DNA from: Arcobacteraceae bacterium
GTDB taxonomy: Bacteria > Campylobacterota > Campylobacteria > Campylobacterales > Arcobacteraceae
Length of the DNA: 64,000 nucleotides
Direction: 5' to 3'
NCBI GenBank assembly: GCA_965242915.1
Contig: CBDETN010000028.1
Span: 230,518-294,517 of the forward strand
Of the stretch, positions 8,647 to 19,129 are shown one piece after another. How positions within the stretch are numbered: the stretch's first letter is position 1; every line of letters begins with the position of its first letter. Below the pieces are notes generated by a model. That model did no database searches, was not told the DNA's origin, and saw only the letters and a list, made by a program, of their open reading frames with translations. A program made the position numbers and the translations under genes.

Positions 8647-10920
8647 TTATAAATTGTCTCTTACCAATTGTACGGCTTTTACCATATTTTTTAAACTTGG
8701 TTTGACCTCTTCCCATTTTCTAGTTTTTAAACCACAATCTGGATTTATCCATAGTTGTTCTTTTGGTAAAACTTCAAGAAGTAGTTTTATCTGTTGTACT
8801 ATTTCATCTACACTTGGAACTCTTGGAGAGTGAATATCATAAACTCCTGGTCCTACTTCTTGTTTGTAACCAACCTCCTTAAAAATTTTTAGCAGTTCAT
8901 TTCCACTTCTTGCTGTTTCAATAGAGATTACATCTGCATCCATAGCTTCAATAGTTTTAATAATATTATTAAATTCACTATAGCACATATGAGTATGGAT
9001 TTGGGTCTCTTTTTTAGCACGACTTACTGCTATTTTAAAGTCCCTAAGTGCCCATTTTTCATAAATTTTTATCTTTTCATTTCTAAGAGGATAACCCTCT
9101 TTAAATGCTGCTTCATCAACTTGTATGATTTTAATACCTGCATTTTGCAGGTCATTTATTTCATCACTTAATGCTACTGCGATTTGTTTTGAAACTTCGT
9201 CTCTTGGCTTATCATCTCTTACAAATGACCAATTCAAAATAGTTACAGGACCTGTTAACATACCTTTCATTATTTTATCTGTTTTACTTTGCGCATAAGT
9301 TATCCACTCAACGGTCATAGGTTTTGGTCTGCTAATATCTCCATATATAAATGGCGGTTTTACACATCTGCTTCCATAGCTTTGCACCCAGCCGTTCTGA
9401 CTAAATCCATATCCTTTAAACTGCTCTCCGAAGTATTCAACCATATCATTTCTTTCAGGTTCGCCGTGAACTAATATTTCTATTCCACACTCTTCTTGAA
9501 AAGCAACACAATCATCTATATATTCTTTCATTTGTTTTTCATAATCTTCTTTAGATATTTCATTATTTTTAAAGTCTCTTCTAGCTTTTCTAACTTCAGG
9601 AGTTTGCGGAAATGAACCAATGGTTGTAGTTGCTAAATCTTTATATCCTAAAATCTCTTTTTGAAGTTTTATTCTATCTTCATATTTACCATCTCTTTGA
9701 AGTTTGCTAATGTTTGCTACTCTATCTTGTACGACTTTATTGTGAATTAAAGTAGAAGTTTTTCTACTATCGTTCGCTTTTGTATTCTCTTGTAAAGAAA
9801 TATTTTCTTTTTCATCTAAACTATCAACACCATTAAAAAATAGTTTTGAAACAAATGAAACTTCATCAAGTTTTTCTACTGCATAACTTAACCAATTTTT
9901 AATCTGCTCATCAAGTTTTTCTTCATATTTTAAAGTGAATGGAGTATGTAAAAGGCTACAAGATGAACTTACTATAATATTGTCTCTGTTTACTTTTTGT
10001 GCGATAGTTTCTAAAAGTTTGGTTGTTTTTAAAATATCATTTTTCCAAATATTTCTACCATCAACTACACCAGCAATTAGTTTTTTGTCACTATTAGCAA
10101 CTAATTCAAGAGATTTTAAATTGTCATCTCCATATAAAAAGTCAAGTCCAATAGCCCAAATAGGAGTATTAACCAAAACTTTTGTAGCTTCGTTTGAGTG
10201 TTCAAAATATGTAGTTACAACTATGTTTATATTCTTACTAACAATTGCTAACTTATCATAAGCTGGTTTGATAAGGCTTAATATTTTTGGTTCATTATCA
10301 CTTACAAATATTGGCTCATCAATTTGTAAAGTAATATTCTCATCAAGTTGTGAAATCTCTTTTAAGAGTTCTTCGTAAATTGGTAAAATTCTATTAAATA
10401 GCTCATAAGTATCTCCTCTATCAGCTCTTTTAGATAATCCTAAAAATGTAATAGGTCCTATTAAATTGATTTTTGTTTTTATTCCTAACTCTTTTGCTTC
10501 ATTATACTCATCAATAATTTTTGAAGCATTTAATTTATACTTATCATCAAGTGATAATTCAGGTACGATATAGTGATAATTTGTATTAAACCACTTTGTC
10601 ATCTCCATAGCAACACTTGATTTATCTCCTCTAGCCATAGAAAAATACAACTCTTCATCTTTTAGATTTCTAAATCTTTTAGGAATAGCTCCTAACATAA
10701 CAATAGTATCGAGCATATTATCATAAAGTGAAAAATCATTTGAACTAATATATTCAATACCAGCATCTTTTTGATAATTCCAGTGTCTCTTTTTAAGTTC
10801 ACTTGCAACTACTTTTACTTCATTAAATGAGCAATTTTTAGCCCAAAAATTCTCTAATACTTTTTTTAACTCTCTTTGTTCTCCAATTCTTGGAAATCCT
10901 ACTATGTAATCTTTTGACAT
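8647..10920 (-). CDS. metE: cobalamin-independent methionine synthase
   Basis: 757 aa. N-terminal VGFPRIGEQRELKK and two-domain architecture diagnostic of MetE. Confidence 0.95.
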   Translation of the reverse strand: MSKDYIVGFPRIGEQRELKKVLENFWAKNCSFNEVKVVASELKKRHWNYQKDAGIEYISSNDFSLYDNMLDTIVMLGAIPKRFRNLKDEELYFSMARGDKSSVAMEMTKWFNTNYHYIVPELSLDDKYKLNASKIIDEYNEAKELGIKTKINLIGPITFLGLSKRADRGDTYELFNRILPIYEELLKEISQLDENITLQIDEPIFVSDNEPKILSLIKPAYDKLAIVSKNINIVVTTYFEHSNEATKVLVNTPIWAIGLDFLYGDDNLKSLELVANSDKKLIAGVVDGRNIWKNDILKTTKLLETIAQKVNRDNIIVSSSCSLLHTPFTLKYEEKLDEQIKNWLSYAVEKLDEVSFVSKLFFNGVDSLDEKENISLQENTKANDSRKTSTLIHNKVVQDRVANISKLQRDGKYEDRIKLQKEILGYKDLATTTIGSFPQTPEVRKARRDFKNNEISKEDYEKQMKEYIDDCVAFQEECGIEILVHGEPERNDMVEYFGEQFKGYGFSQNGWVQSYGSRCVKPPFIYGDISRPKPMTVEWITYAQSKTDKIMKGMLTGPVTILNWSFVRDDKPRDEVSKQIAVALSDEINDLQNAGIKIIQVDEAAFKEGYPLRNEKIKIYEKWALRDFKIAVSRAKKETQIHTHMCYSEFNNIIKTIEAMDADVISIETARSGNELLKIFKEVGYKQEVGPGVYDIHSPRVPSVDEIVQQIKLLLEVLPKEQLWINPDCGLKTRKWEEVKPSLKNMVKAVQLVRDNL

Positions 10921-10971
10921 TACTTTATCCTTTAATTTTTTATTTTTAGATTGTTTTATTTGAAATTATGA

Positions 10972-11313
10972 TTAAAGATAGGATATAGGAGGATGTATGC
11001 CAGTTCTGCGAAATGCAAAATATGTTGTATAATACGAACATCTAGGTATATAAATATTATATAAAAGTATTAATTTTGTTTTTAACTTATAAAAACCATT
11101 ACAATAACAAGGCTTTTCATTTAAAATACAAATAGTTTCTAAGACATCACAAGGTGGGTCATTTTCATCTAATTCTTTATCTTCTTTTGCTATTTTATTA
11201 TGCAATAAAGAGTATATTGATGATACTTGACTTTGTAATTTATTTTGTACAGTATAGGCTAGTATAGCTGAGAATGTAAAATACTTTTTTCCAAAGCCAT
11301 TAGGTGATTTCAT
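10972..11313 (-). CDS. hypothetical Cys-containing protein
   Basis: 113-aa ORF with AAGGAT RBS. No recognisable family. Lies in the long metE upstream region. Confidence 0.3.
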   Translation of the reverse strand: MKSPNGFGKKYFTFSAILAYTVQNKLQSQVSSIYSLLHNKIAKEDKELDENDPPCDVLETICILNEKPCYCNGFYKLKTKLILLYNIYIPRCSYYTTYFAFRRTGIHPPISYL

Positions 11314-11500
11314 TTTTATCCTTATGTATATGAGATTCTATCACATATACTATTTAATTAAACTTTACTAAACCAAAAATATAAATTGTGAAAGAAAAAT
11401 AATAATTACAATAAATAGTAAGATATAACTTTTAAACACTAAAAGCTAAATACTGAAAATATATCATCAATGATAAATTAATATCATTAATTTAACTTAC

Positions 11501-12475
11501 TTAATAATAAAACCCTTCATCAGGAAGTTTTCCACCTATAGTTTTAGAGTTATTCTTTTTTAGTACATTAAAGAAAAACTCTAAATCTTTTTTAGCATCT
11601 TTTGCCGTAACTGCATTTAATTGAACATACTCAATTGAATCAGTAACGCCTTGGGCATCTAACATTTTTACATATTTGACAGCTAATTCACCAGCCTCTT
11701 TTGGATTATTTTTATACCATTTTAATGATTTAGCATACTCTTCATTGAATCTTTTAATTACATATTTATTGTTAGATATATTACCAACTACTGCCATTCC
11801 AGCTTCTGGTATTTTGGTTTCAACTTTAAAAGTTTCTCCCCACTCTTGCTCTAACATATTACTTCTATATAAATCAGGTGCGATTAATTTTAATGGGAAA
11901 GATCCTGTCTTTCTTAATGCTATTGAAGTTGCAGGTTCTGCTAATAAAGCATGATCAACTCTTCGCAAAATTAGCATCTGCATCGCATCAATTGGCGAAT
12001 TTAAATATCTAAGTTTAAAATCTTTTTTTGGATTTAAACCTTGTGCTTTTACAATCTCTTCAAAAACAATATCCGGCATATCTGCTCGAAATGGCATAGC
12101 TATTTCACAGCCAACAAAGTCTTTTAAAGTTTTTTTAGTTTTATCTCGTGTAAGTATTCCTAATATTCCCCAAACAGAAACATTTAAAAGTTTTATATCT
12201 ACACCTTTATTATATAAATTGGCTGCTACATTAGTAGGAACTGCTATAAAATCTGCTCCGCCTCTTAAAGTAAAAGCTCTAAGTTCATCTGGACTTTTCC
12301 ATAACCTAAACTCAACTTTTTTAACCACATCATCTAATGCACCAGTTTCAATCATATGAAAAAGTGGATGTGACACAGATGCCATTGGACCACTTAATAC
12401 TAACTTTTCTAATTTTTGTGCTGCTGCATTTATTGTAAACAATAATGCAACTATCAAACTTAATTTTTTTATCAT
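11501..12475 (-). CDS. ABC transporter periplasmic substrate-binding protein (NitT/TauT family), paralog 1
   Basis: Signal peptide MIKKLSLIVALLFTINAAA. Start trimmed to ATG 12475, which has an AGGAAA RBS. Highly similar to the ORF at 19507-20487. Confidence 0.8.
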   Translation of the reverse strand: MIKKLSLIVALLFTINAAAQKLEKLVLSGPMASVSHPLFHMIETGALDDVVKKVEFRLWKSPDELRAFTLRGGADFIAVPTNVAANLYNKGVDIKLLNVSVWGILGILTRDKTKKTLKDFVGCEIAMPFRADMPDIVFEEIVKAQGLNPKKDFKLRYLNSPIDAMQMLILRRVDHALLAEPATSIALRKTGSFPLKLIAPDLYRSNMLEQEWGETFKVETKIPEAGMAVVGNISNNKYVIKRFNEEYAKSLKWYKNNPKEAGELAVKYVKMLDAQGVTDSIEYVQLNAVTAKDAKKDLEFFFNVLKKNNSKTIGGKLPDEGFYY

Positions 12476-12513
12476 TTTATTTTCCTCGTAAATCAAGACT
12501 TCTTTATATGTAT

Positions 12514-12528
12514 TGATAACCATTATCA
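12514..12528. promoter_or_regulatory. Fur-box-like palindrome TGATAACCATTATCA
   Basis: 39 nt upstream of the substrate-binding-protein start. The same intergenic region is shared with the divergent small Cys ORF. Confidence 0.5.
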
Positions 12529-12669
12529 ATACACGAATGATAGTAAAATTAAACTTAAAATTTAATTAATAATGATAATAAGTATCAATAGATATTGTCA
12601 AAATAAAAGTTAATTTAAGTTATATTTATTATAATAACAACTTAATTAATAAACTAATAAGGAGAAAAG

Positions 12670-12825
12670 ATGGCAGAGAAAATATTGGCATGTGATAATG
12701 ATAACTGTTTAAAAAAAGATGAGTGTGAAAGATACGGACTTTTTAAGGCTGGAGCAAAAGAGTATAAAACATTTAATGGTACTCCGGCAAAGGGTTGTGG
12801 AAAATTCATAAAGAATACAAAATAG
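12670..12825 (+). CDS. 51-aa Cys-containing small protein (MAEKILACDNDNCLKKDECERYG...)
   Basis: Strong AAGGAG RBS 6 nt upstream, 4 Cys, clean stop. Missed by the ORF track because it is under 60 aa. Confidence 0.45.
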   Translation: MAEKILACDNDNCLKKDECERYGLFKAGAKEYKTFNGTPAKGCGKFIKNTK

Positions 12826-12983
12826 ATAATGAATATTAATTTAAAACAGATAGCTACAATTAGATTGCCTTTTTGTAGTTTAGATGAGGTTTAATAATTA
12901 GTTATCCTCACATAATAGAACTAAAATTAAAAAGTTATTTTTAACAATAAAAGATATAATGATGTAAATTAACAGGATTAAAT

Positions 12984-13535
12984 ATGATTGAAGTTTTTGT
13001 TTTAGCTTTTGCACTAAGTATGGATGCATTTGCAGTATCAATTGGAATTGGTGTAAAAAGTAAAAATTTTAATAAATTTTTAGCCTTAAAAGTAGCATTT
13101 TTATTTGGTCTTTTTCAAGGAATTATGCCTTTGTTTGGCTATTTTGCGAGCATAGGACTTGGAAGTTTTATAGAATCAATTGACCATTGGATTGCATTTT
13201 TACTTTTAAGTTTAATTGGTGGTAAAATGCTGTACGACAGTTTCGGAGAAAATATAGAAGATGAAATATCAAGTATCACAAATAAAGTGCTTCTACTACT
13301 TGCCATAGCAACAAGTATTGATGCTATGGCAGCAGGTTTTACTTTAGAATTATTAAAATTAAATCCTTATGTGTCAATGTTAATTATAGGTGTGGTTACA
13401 TTTATGTTTAGTTTTATTGGAGTTTATATTGGAACTAAAAACGGTGCTAAATTAGAAGATAAAGCCGAAAAAATTGGAGGAACAATATTAATTGGAATTG
13501 GTATAAAGATTTTAATTGAGCATACTTTGATGTAA
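12984..13535 (+). CDS. mntP: manganese efflux pump MntP
   Basis: 183 aa, 6 TM. N-terminal [13 protein letters not shown] motif typical of the MntP/YebN family. Confidence 0.85.
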   Translation: MIEVFVLAFALSMDAFAVSIGIGVKSKNFNKFLALKVAFLFGLFQGIMPLFGYFASIGLGSFIESIDHWIAFLLLSLIGGKMLYDSFGENIEDEISSITNKVLLLLAIATSIDAMAAGFTLELLKLNPYVSMLIIGVVTFMFSFIGVYIGTKNGAKLEDKAEKIGGTILIGIGIKILIEHTLM

Positions 13536-13850
13536 TGTTTTTAAAGAAGAATATTATAAATAACTATCTCAAATAATCATATAGGCTTCCGAATACTCTG
13601 GCTATATGCATTTAAGTATTGGTATCACTTTAATTCCACTATATTATATGGAAAAATATCCTTACTCTTTATTATTTTATCTACAAATCTATTTTTTGTA
13701 TTTTGTGATATTTTTTTAAATATTTAAAAAAACCTTGCAATGAAACCAATGAGAAATCGCAAGTCTTATATGCTGTTTTGTATTAATTGTTAAATTTCGA
13801 TATTAAATTATTTTAGGAGATTGATACATTACAAGGCTTTTCTAAAAATT

Positions 13851-13873
13851 TATAGGGGTTTTAAGACCCTATA
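13851..13873 (-). terminator. hairpin terminator after the porin gene
   Basis: TATAGGG-N9-CCCTATA stem immediately 3' of the porin stop, followed by a U-rich tract on the minus strand. Confidence 0.4.
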
Positions 13874-13875
13874 AA

Positions 13876-15018
13876 TTAAAATGTAATTGCAATTGCAACT
13901 TCTAAATTTTTTGTATCATCAATGGTACAACCTGTTTCACCATCAAAATCACCATAAGCAATACTTAATGTTACATTATCGCTAAATCCATATTCTAAAC
14001 CTAAGTCCATCTCAGTTGCATCTACACCCTGAATATCTGCATTTATATATGTAGCATTAGCAGTTAAATCATCACTAATTGCATATGATAATGGAATAAT
14101 ATAAGCTGAAGTATCTTTGGTGGCACTTGAAGTAATAGATGTTTTTTCAAATATCATACCCGGTGCAAAATCATCTCCGCCTTTCATCCCTTTTTTTAGA
14201 TTTATATAAGATAAACCGGCAGTAAATCCAGTTGATACTTCAGAACTTGCCGTTAAAAAATAACCTTTTTGAGTTGATGGATCTAAAGAGACACCAATCA
14301 TATCTATTTTTTTAGACATATATTCAGCACCTAGTTCAATACCGGCAACCGTACCTGTAATATAACTTGTAAGTACTTTATTTTTATTTTCTTTATCAGC
14401 TGCAGCTGCCGGAGTATTTCCATCACCTTTGTTTGCATAACCTTTAGCATATCTTGCACCAATCATAAAAGCACCAACTTTTGCATCTACTCTTATTGCA
14501 GTTGCACCTGTATCACCTTTATTTTTATCAGCCTCTTCCTCATTAACTATTTTAGAAATTACAGTAACTTTTATATCTTTAGCAACCGGTACATTAACAC
14601 CAACTTTCCAAGATTCACCACCATCATCAAAAGCATCTGTACCATAAGTGAAATTTGGTGCAAGACCTAATACAACTTTACCTTTACTATCCATAATCGG
14701 TAATACTGCATAAGCATGTTTTATTCTTAAATCTTTATTTGCAGCTGCATTTGCTTGATTATCATCATAAGCTGTAAAAGTAGTATAAATCTCTAAACCA
14801 TTGTCAGATTTAGCATCAAGATTTAAATTAATCTCCGCTGTTCTTTTGTTGATTGTAGCAGTGTCACTTTTCTCTTGCACTTGTTTTAATTCAATATCTC
14901 CACTTAATTCTATATTATCAATATTTGGAGCTGTTACAGTTCCTGCAACTGCACTTGAACTTAACCCGGCAACTGTTATAGCTGCTGCCATACTTAATTT
15001 TAATCTATTTTTTAACAT
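13876..15018 (-). CDS. outer-membrane beta-barrel porin
   Basis: Signal peptide ending AVAG, alternating amphipathic pattern, C-terminal AIAITF with terminal Phe. Confidence 0.6.
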   Translation of the reverse strand: MLKNRLKLSMAAAITVAGLSSSAVAGTVTAPNIDNIELSGDIELKQVQEKSDTATINKRTAEINLNLDAKSDNGLEIYTTFTAYDDNQANAAANKDLRIKHAYAVLPIMDSKGKVVLGLAPNFTYGTDAFDDGGESWKVGVNVPVAKDIKVTVISKIVNEEEADKNKGDTGATAIRVDAKVGAFMIGARYAKGYANKGDGNTPAAAADKENKNKVLTSYITGTVAGIELGAEYMSKKIDMIGVSLDPSTQKGYFLTASSEVSTGFTAGLSYINLKKGMKGGDDFAPGMIFEKTSITSSATKDTSAYIIPLSYAISDDLTANATYINADIQGVDATEMDLGLEYGFSDNVTLSIAYGDFDGETGCTIDDTKNLEVAIAITF

Positions 15019-15137
15019 TTTTTATTTTCCTTTATTTTGTGTTATAATAAAGTTCAATATTTTTATATTGAACACTTTGGCTAGAGATGTTTACTTTGAA
15101 CGGTTCATCTTTAGCTTTTTGACTTTCTTTTCTTTTA

Positions 15138-15152
15138 TGCAACTTAGTCGCA
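15138..15152. promoter_or_regulatory. palindrome TGCAACTTAGTCGCA (candidate Zur/Fur-family operator)
   Basis: About 120 nt upstream of the porin start. Same motif as the pair between the zur-like gene and znuA. Confidence 0.4.
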
Positions 15153-15187
15153 TTAGAAAGTGGCATTCTATATTATAAGAGCTTAAA

Positions 15188-15202
15188 TGCGACTGAGTCG
15201 CA
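15188..15202. promoter_or_regulatory. palindrome TGCGACTGAGTCGCA (candidate Zur/Fur-family operator)
   Basis: Near-perfect 7-1-7 palindrome about 170 nt upstream of the porin start. Confidence 0.4.
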
Positions 15203-15282
15203 CTTTATCTTTTGATAATATAATTTTATTTATTTCATTCGTTTTCTAAAGAAACCTACTTTATAGGTTTTACTAAAGAAAC

Positions 15283-16104
15283 TCATTTCATTCGTTTTGC
15301 TTCTATCCAAATAACTGCATCTTGACTTAACTCTTTACCTTTATATGTTTTATCACTACCTGCACCCAATGCACAAAATCCCCAGAATCCAGCCTTTGGA
15401 ATAGCAAATGTAAATTCACCATCTTTATTTGCTTTGATACCCATAGTTACAAAACTATCTTGAGGAGCTTCAAATCTTGCTTTACCCATAGAGTTTGTAT
15501 CTAAATTTACATCTCTGTTAATATACTCAACTTCTATTTCAGCATAAGGTACAATTTTCCCGTTTGACTTTACAATACCTGTAAAACTACCGTGCTCCCA
15601 GATAGCATAAGGTTTTGTAAGTGGTACTATTTCAGCTTTTAGACCTAGGTCTGTATCCCAATCTGTAGGAGTACCTGCAACATTTATAATAGTTTTTGTA
15701 ATTTGTTGAATATAGATATCTTCATTTGCTTCATAGTATGGAGCTGGTTTTAGTATCATCACATGATCACCCATTCTTCTTGCTTTGTATTTTGAAGCAT
15801 AGGCATGTCCACTATTGTGATTACCTTTAAATGTAATCTCTTTTAAAGTAGATTTTAAATCTTTTTTCTTCTCTTTATTGATTACATAAAATTCTTCAAC
15901 AGGTGCAAAATTTTTACTATCGTGCTGTTTACCCATATCCATAGTATGTTCATCTGCAAATGGATGTGTAAATACATGTCTCAACTCAATTGTTTTTCCT
16001 TTTTCTAATGCCATATTTGGTGTGTAAAGCATCTGAAAATGTGCTGCTGCACTTGTAGCTAATATAGTTGTCGCTGCAACTGTACTTAGTATCGTTTTTC
16101 TCAT
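15283..16104 (-). CDS. periplasmic DUF4198/CbiK-like protein
   Basis: 273 aa with signal peptide (AAA-HFQMLYTPNM). Family assignment from memory. Last gene of the feoAB operon. Confidence 0.45.
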   Translation of the reverse strand: MRKTILSTVAATTILATSAAAHFQMLYTPNMALEKGKTIELRHVFTHPFADEHTMDMGKQHDSKNFAPVEEFYVINKEKKKDLKSTLKEITFKGNHNSGHAYASKYKARRMGDHVMILKPAPYYEANEDIYIQQITKTIINVAGTPTDWDTDLGLKAEIVPLTKPYAIWEHGSFTGIVKSNGKIVPYAEIEVEYINRDVNLDTNSMGKARFEAPQDSFVTMGIKANKDGEFTFAIPKAGFWGFCALGAGSDKTYKGKELSQDAVIWIEAKRMK

Positions 16105-16299
16105 TTTATTTCCTTTTTAAATTTAATTGTAATAATCACTATCATTAGATAGTTAAAAATTTAGCTAAATGCTAACTTCCAAGTACCTAAATACTTACAA
16201 ATTAACACTTAGCACCTGAAAGCCGTAAATAAAACTAAACTGCTTTAGTTTTATAGGCTTGGAACCGTAATTGTTGTGCCAATGGCACCAATGAAGGCA

Positions 16300-16602
16300 T
16301 TACTCTGTTATATCAGAACCCTTAATATATACTTGATGACCTTCACCGGCATCAAAAACTGCATTATAAGTTCCATTTGGTTTATTAAATGTAACTTCAC
16401 TATCTTCACTCATTTTTGCATTAAAGATAGCTTTTCCTTTTTGTTCAATTTTAAACTTCACACCACTTGCACTGCTGCCATCACTAAATCCACCTTCACA
16501 AGTGATAGTTCCATCACCATTGTCAAAGCAACTCATAATAGCCGTATGTGCAAAAAGCGAACTTGAAGCTATAGCTAAACTAAGGACTACTTTTTTAATC
16601 AT
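16300..16602 (-). CDS. small secreted protein
   Basis: Start trimmed to ATG 16602 (AAGGGGGAAAA RBS), signal peptide MIKKVVLSLAIASSSLFA. Start codon is 1 nt downstream of the feoB stop. Confidence 0.5.
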   Translation of the reverse strand: MIKKVVLSLAIASSSLFAHTAIMSCFDNGDGTITCEGGFSDGSSASGVKFKIEQKGKAIFNAKMSEDSEVTFNKPNGTYNAVFDAGEGHQVYIKGSDITE

Positions 16603-16603
16603 T

Positions 16604-19129
16604 TTATTTTCCCCCTTTCTTAAGATTTCTTTCATTATTTTTATATATTTCAGCAGTTTTTGTACGAATTCTTAAACCACCTTTCCAATTTATAGTCTTA
16701 GATGGATACAATCCTAATATAAGAGCAATAGAAGCAACAGTTACATAAAAATATGTCATAGCCTCAACTCCGCTCCAGCCATACATAGTCCCTAATGTAA
16801 AAACTCCAGAGGAGATAACTACGCCTAAAAACACTGGGAAGAATATAGCAAACATCATCCACTTATAACTATTTGTCTGCATCTTAACAACAATCATAGT
16901 AGCTATACAAGGTGGAGTAAGAAGCATAAATATAATAATAGCTACTGCATGAAGTGGTGTATATCCACTATTTTGAGCTATCGCATCTTCTGCTCTTTGA
17001 GAACTCACTTGGTTGTTTTCATATAAACTCCCCAAAGTTGCTACTGCACTTTCTCTTGCTGCAAATGAACTTAAAAATGCTACATTTATCTTCCAGTCAA
17101 ATCCTGCATATTGCGTGACAGGCTCTACTGCTTTTCCCGCCATACCCAAAAGTGAATTTTCAACTTTTTCATTTTTAATATTTCTTAATATTCTATTTCT
17201 TACCTTGGCAAATTTTCTTAAAATTCTATTTATTTTTTTTGCTTCTTTATCTTTTCTTGGTTTGATAAACTTAAAGTAACTTGCATTTAAAGCTTTATAA
17301 TTTTCATCAACTGCTAATGCTCCACTTCTTGAAGTAGTTGCCATCCTTTTTGACCTGTAGCCATCATAATAGTTCAATAGATCTGCAATCTCTTCTTTTG
17401 TATCCACCTCTTTATAGTATTTTGAAGTTTTTGCTTTCTTATCAAATACAGCCAAAGATTTAACTAACTGTTGATCATACTTAGTTTGTGATTCCTTGCT
17501 TATTCCTGGTAGTTGTAACATCGCAAAAAGTACAATAGCAACAGCTAAAACAATAGTAAGAACTTTATATATATAAATCCAAACCCGCTGAGCTGCACTT
17601 AAAAGCACACCTTTAATCGTAGGCAAATGGTAAGGCGGAAGCTCCATAACAAATGGTGCAGTTTCACGAGTTTTTAGAAAAGTAGTTGTTAATATTTTAG
17701 CAACTATTAAAGCTGTAAAAATTGTAGCAGTTGATATAAAAAACATCATAATTGCCATATCAGGCTTAAAAAATGCACCTAAAAGCAAAGTATAAAATGG
17801 AACTTTTGCCAAACAATTCATATATGGAACTGTTAATATTGTGGCCATTCTTGCTCTATCATCAGCTATCCCTTTTGTTGCCATAACTCCAGGAACGGCA
17901 CAACCCCCAACCATAGCACCACCTAGAACTAACGGCAAAGTAGATTGACCGTGAAGTCCAAACTTTTTAAATATTCTATCAAGTATAAAAGCCATACGAG
18001 GCATATATCCAACATCTTCGATAATAGCAATAAGTGCAAAAAGTATAAAAAATATAGGAATATAGTTTATTAAAGCATTTGCACTGTTTATCATCCAAAT
18101 GGCAAAATCAGTTATCATAGGAACATCAGTTAGAAATGGAGCTGGAGATATATCTATCACAAAGTTTTTAACAGCTGCAAGAAGCGGCCAAGTATAATCA
18201 GTAAGTTTATAACCACCAACAATAGCAAGTTCATAAATCAAAAACATAATACCAAATAAGATAGGCAGTGCCAACCATCTGTTTAAGATAATTTTATCTG
18301 CTTTGTCTGTTAAAGTCTCACACCCTTTTTTTGTCTCTTTTATAGCTTTATGATATATAATATCAGCAGAATCATATCTAAATGTTGCTAAAAATGAAAC
18401 AGTATCTTTATCATACAAGGAATGAAACTTATCCTCCTCATCCTTTGCCATATCCTTTATATCAAAGTATTCTTTTTGTAGATGCTCTATGATGGTTGTA
18501 TCACCCTCTAAAACTTTTATAGCCATCCATCTTTTGTTTAAGCTTGAACGGCTATCAATAATTTTATCTTCTATAGCTTGTATATGCGGCTCTAGCTCTT
18601 CATAATTTATCTTAAAATCTTCGTAAATTTCTTTTGCTTTTGCTGTATCAACAATAGCTTTCATAATCTCTTTGCCACCTATACCTTTAGCTCCGCTAGC
18701 TTCAACAACCTGACAACCTAACATCTCAGAAATTTTTGAACTATCTATCTCTATACCTCTTCTTTGTGCCACATCCATCATATTAAGTACCACAACTACA
18801 GGCATACCAATTTCTAGCAATTGAAAAGTTAAATATAGATTTCTTTTGATATTTGAAGCATCTATTACATTTACTATCACATCAGGATTTTCTTCTATAA
18901 TAAACTCTTTTGCTACTCTCTCTTCAAGTGAATATGAACTAAAAGAGTAAGTACCAGGCAGATCAACCATCTCAATTTTATGGTTATCATACTTAAAATT
19001 ACCGGTTTTTTTATCTACTGTAACGCCAGGATAATTTGCTATATGTTGGTCTATTCCACTTACAAGATTAAAAATTGTAGATTTACCACAATTTGGCTGA
19101 CCTGCTAATGCTACTCTTATTTTGCTCAT
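16604..19129 (-). CDS. feoB: ferrous iron transporter FeoB
   Basis: 841 aa. N-terminal G-protein domain (GQPNCGKST, DLPGTYS) plus polytopic membrane domain. Confidence 0.95.
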   Translation of the reverse strand: MSKIRVALAGQPNCGKSTIFNLVSGIDQHIANYPGVTVDKKTGNFKYDNHKIEMVDLPGTYSFSSYSLEERVAKEFIIEENPDVIVNVIDASNIKRNLYLTFQLLEIGMPVVVVLNMMDVAQRRGIEIDSSKISEMLGCQVVEASGAKGIGGKEIMKAIVDTAKAKEIYEDFKINYEELEPHIQAIEDKIIDSRSSLNKRWMAIKVLEGDTTIIEHLQKEYFDIKDMAKDEEDKFHSLYDKDTVSFLATFRYDSADIIYHKAIKETKKGCETLTDKADKIILNRWLALPILFGIMFLIYELAIVGGYKLTDYTWPLLAAVKNFVIDISPAPFLTDVPMITDFAIWMINSANALINYIPIFFILFALIAIIEDVGYMPRMAFILDRIFKKFGLHGQSTLPLVLGGAMVGGCAVPGVMATKGIADDRARMATILTVPYMNCLAKVPFYTLLLGAFFKPDMAIMMFFISTATIFTALIVAKILTTTFLKTRETAPFVMELPPYHLPTIKGVLLSAAQRVWIYIYKVLTIVLAVAIVLFAMLQLPGISKESQTKYDQQLVKSLAVFDKKAKTSKYYKEVDTKEEIADLLNYYDGYRSKRMATTSRSGALAVDENYKALNASYFKFIKPRKDKEAKKINRILRKFAKVRNRILRNIKNEKVENSLLGMAGKAVEPVTQYAGFDWKINVAFLSSFAARESAVATLGSLYENNQVSSQRAEDAIAQNSGYTPLHAVAIIIFMLLTPPCIATMIVVKMQTNSYKWMMFAIFFPVFLGVVISSGVFTLGTMYGWSGVEAMTYFYVTVASIALILGLYPSKTINWKGGLRIRTKTAEIYKNNERNLKKGGK

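Noticed and set aside
10921-11500. Looked for a SAM or cobalamin riboswitch in the 580-nt region upstream of metE
   Set aside because: No B12-box (GCCACUG-like) or SAM-I core sequences are recognisable by eye. The region instead holds a plausible 113-aa ORF with an RBS. A Fur-like 7-2-7 site (TGATAAATTAATATCA at about 11466-11481) is a weaker match than the others and was left out of the regulon list.
12826-12983. Possible yybP-ykoY (Mn2+) riboswitch in the 158-nt leader of mntP
   Set aside because: Only a short GATGAGG...CCTCACATAA hairpin is present. I could not find the conserved GC-rich helices and GAGUAG/CAUA junction signatures. The region is almost entirely A/T. A covariance-model scan would decide.
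13733-13780. CCTTGCAA...GCAAGTC motif shared with 21660-21770
   Set aside because: Only about 8+7 nt match and the spacing differs (20 versus about 60 nt). This is insufficient to call a conserved RNA or operator.
15231-15300. 14-nt direct repeat ATTTCATTCGTTTT flanking a hairpin (AAACCTA-cttta-TAGGTTT) at the 3' end of the DUF4198-like gene
   Set aside because: One copy is the gene's own last codons. The hairpin is most simply the operon terminator. The duplication is short and could be chance or a small slippage remnant.
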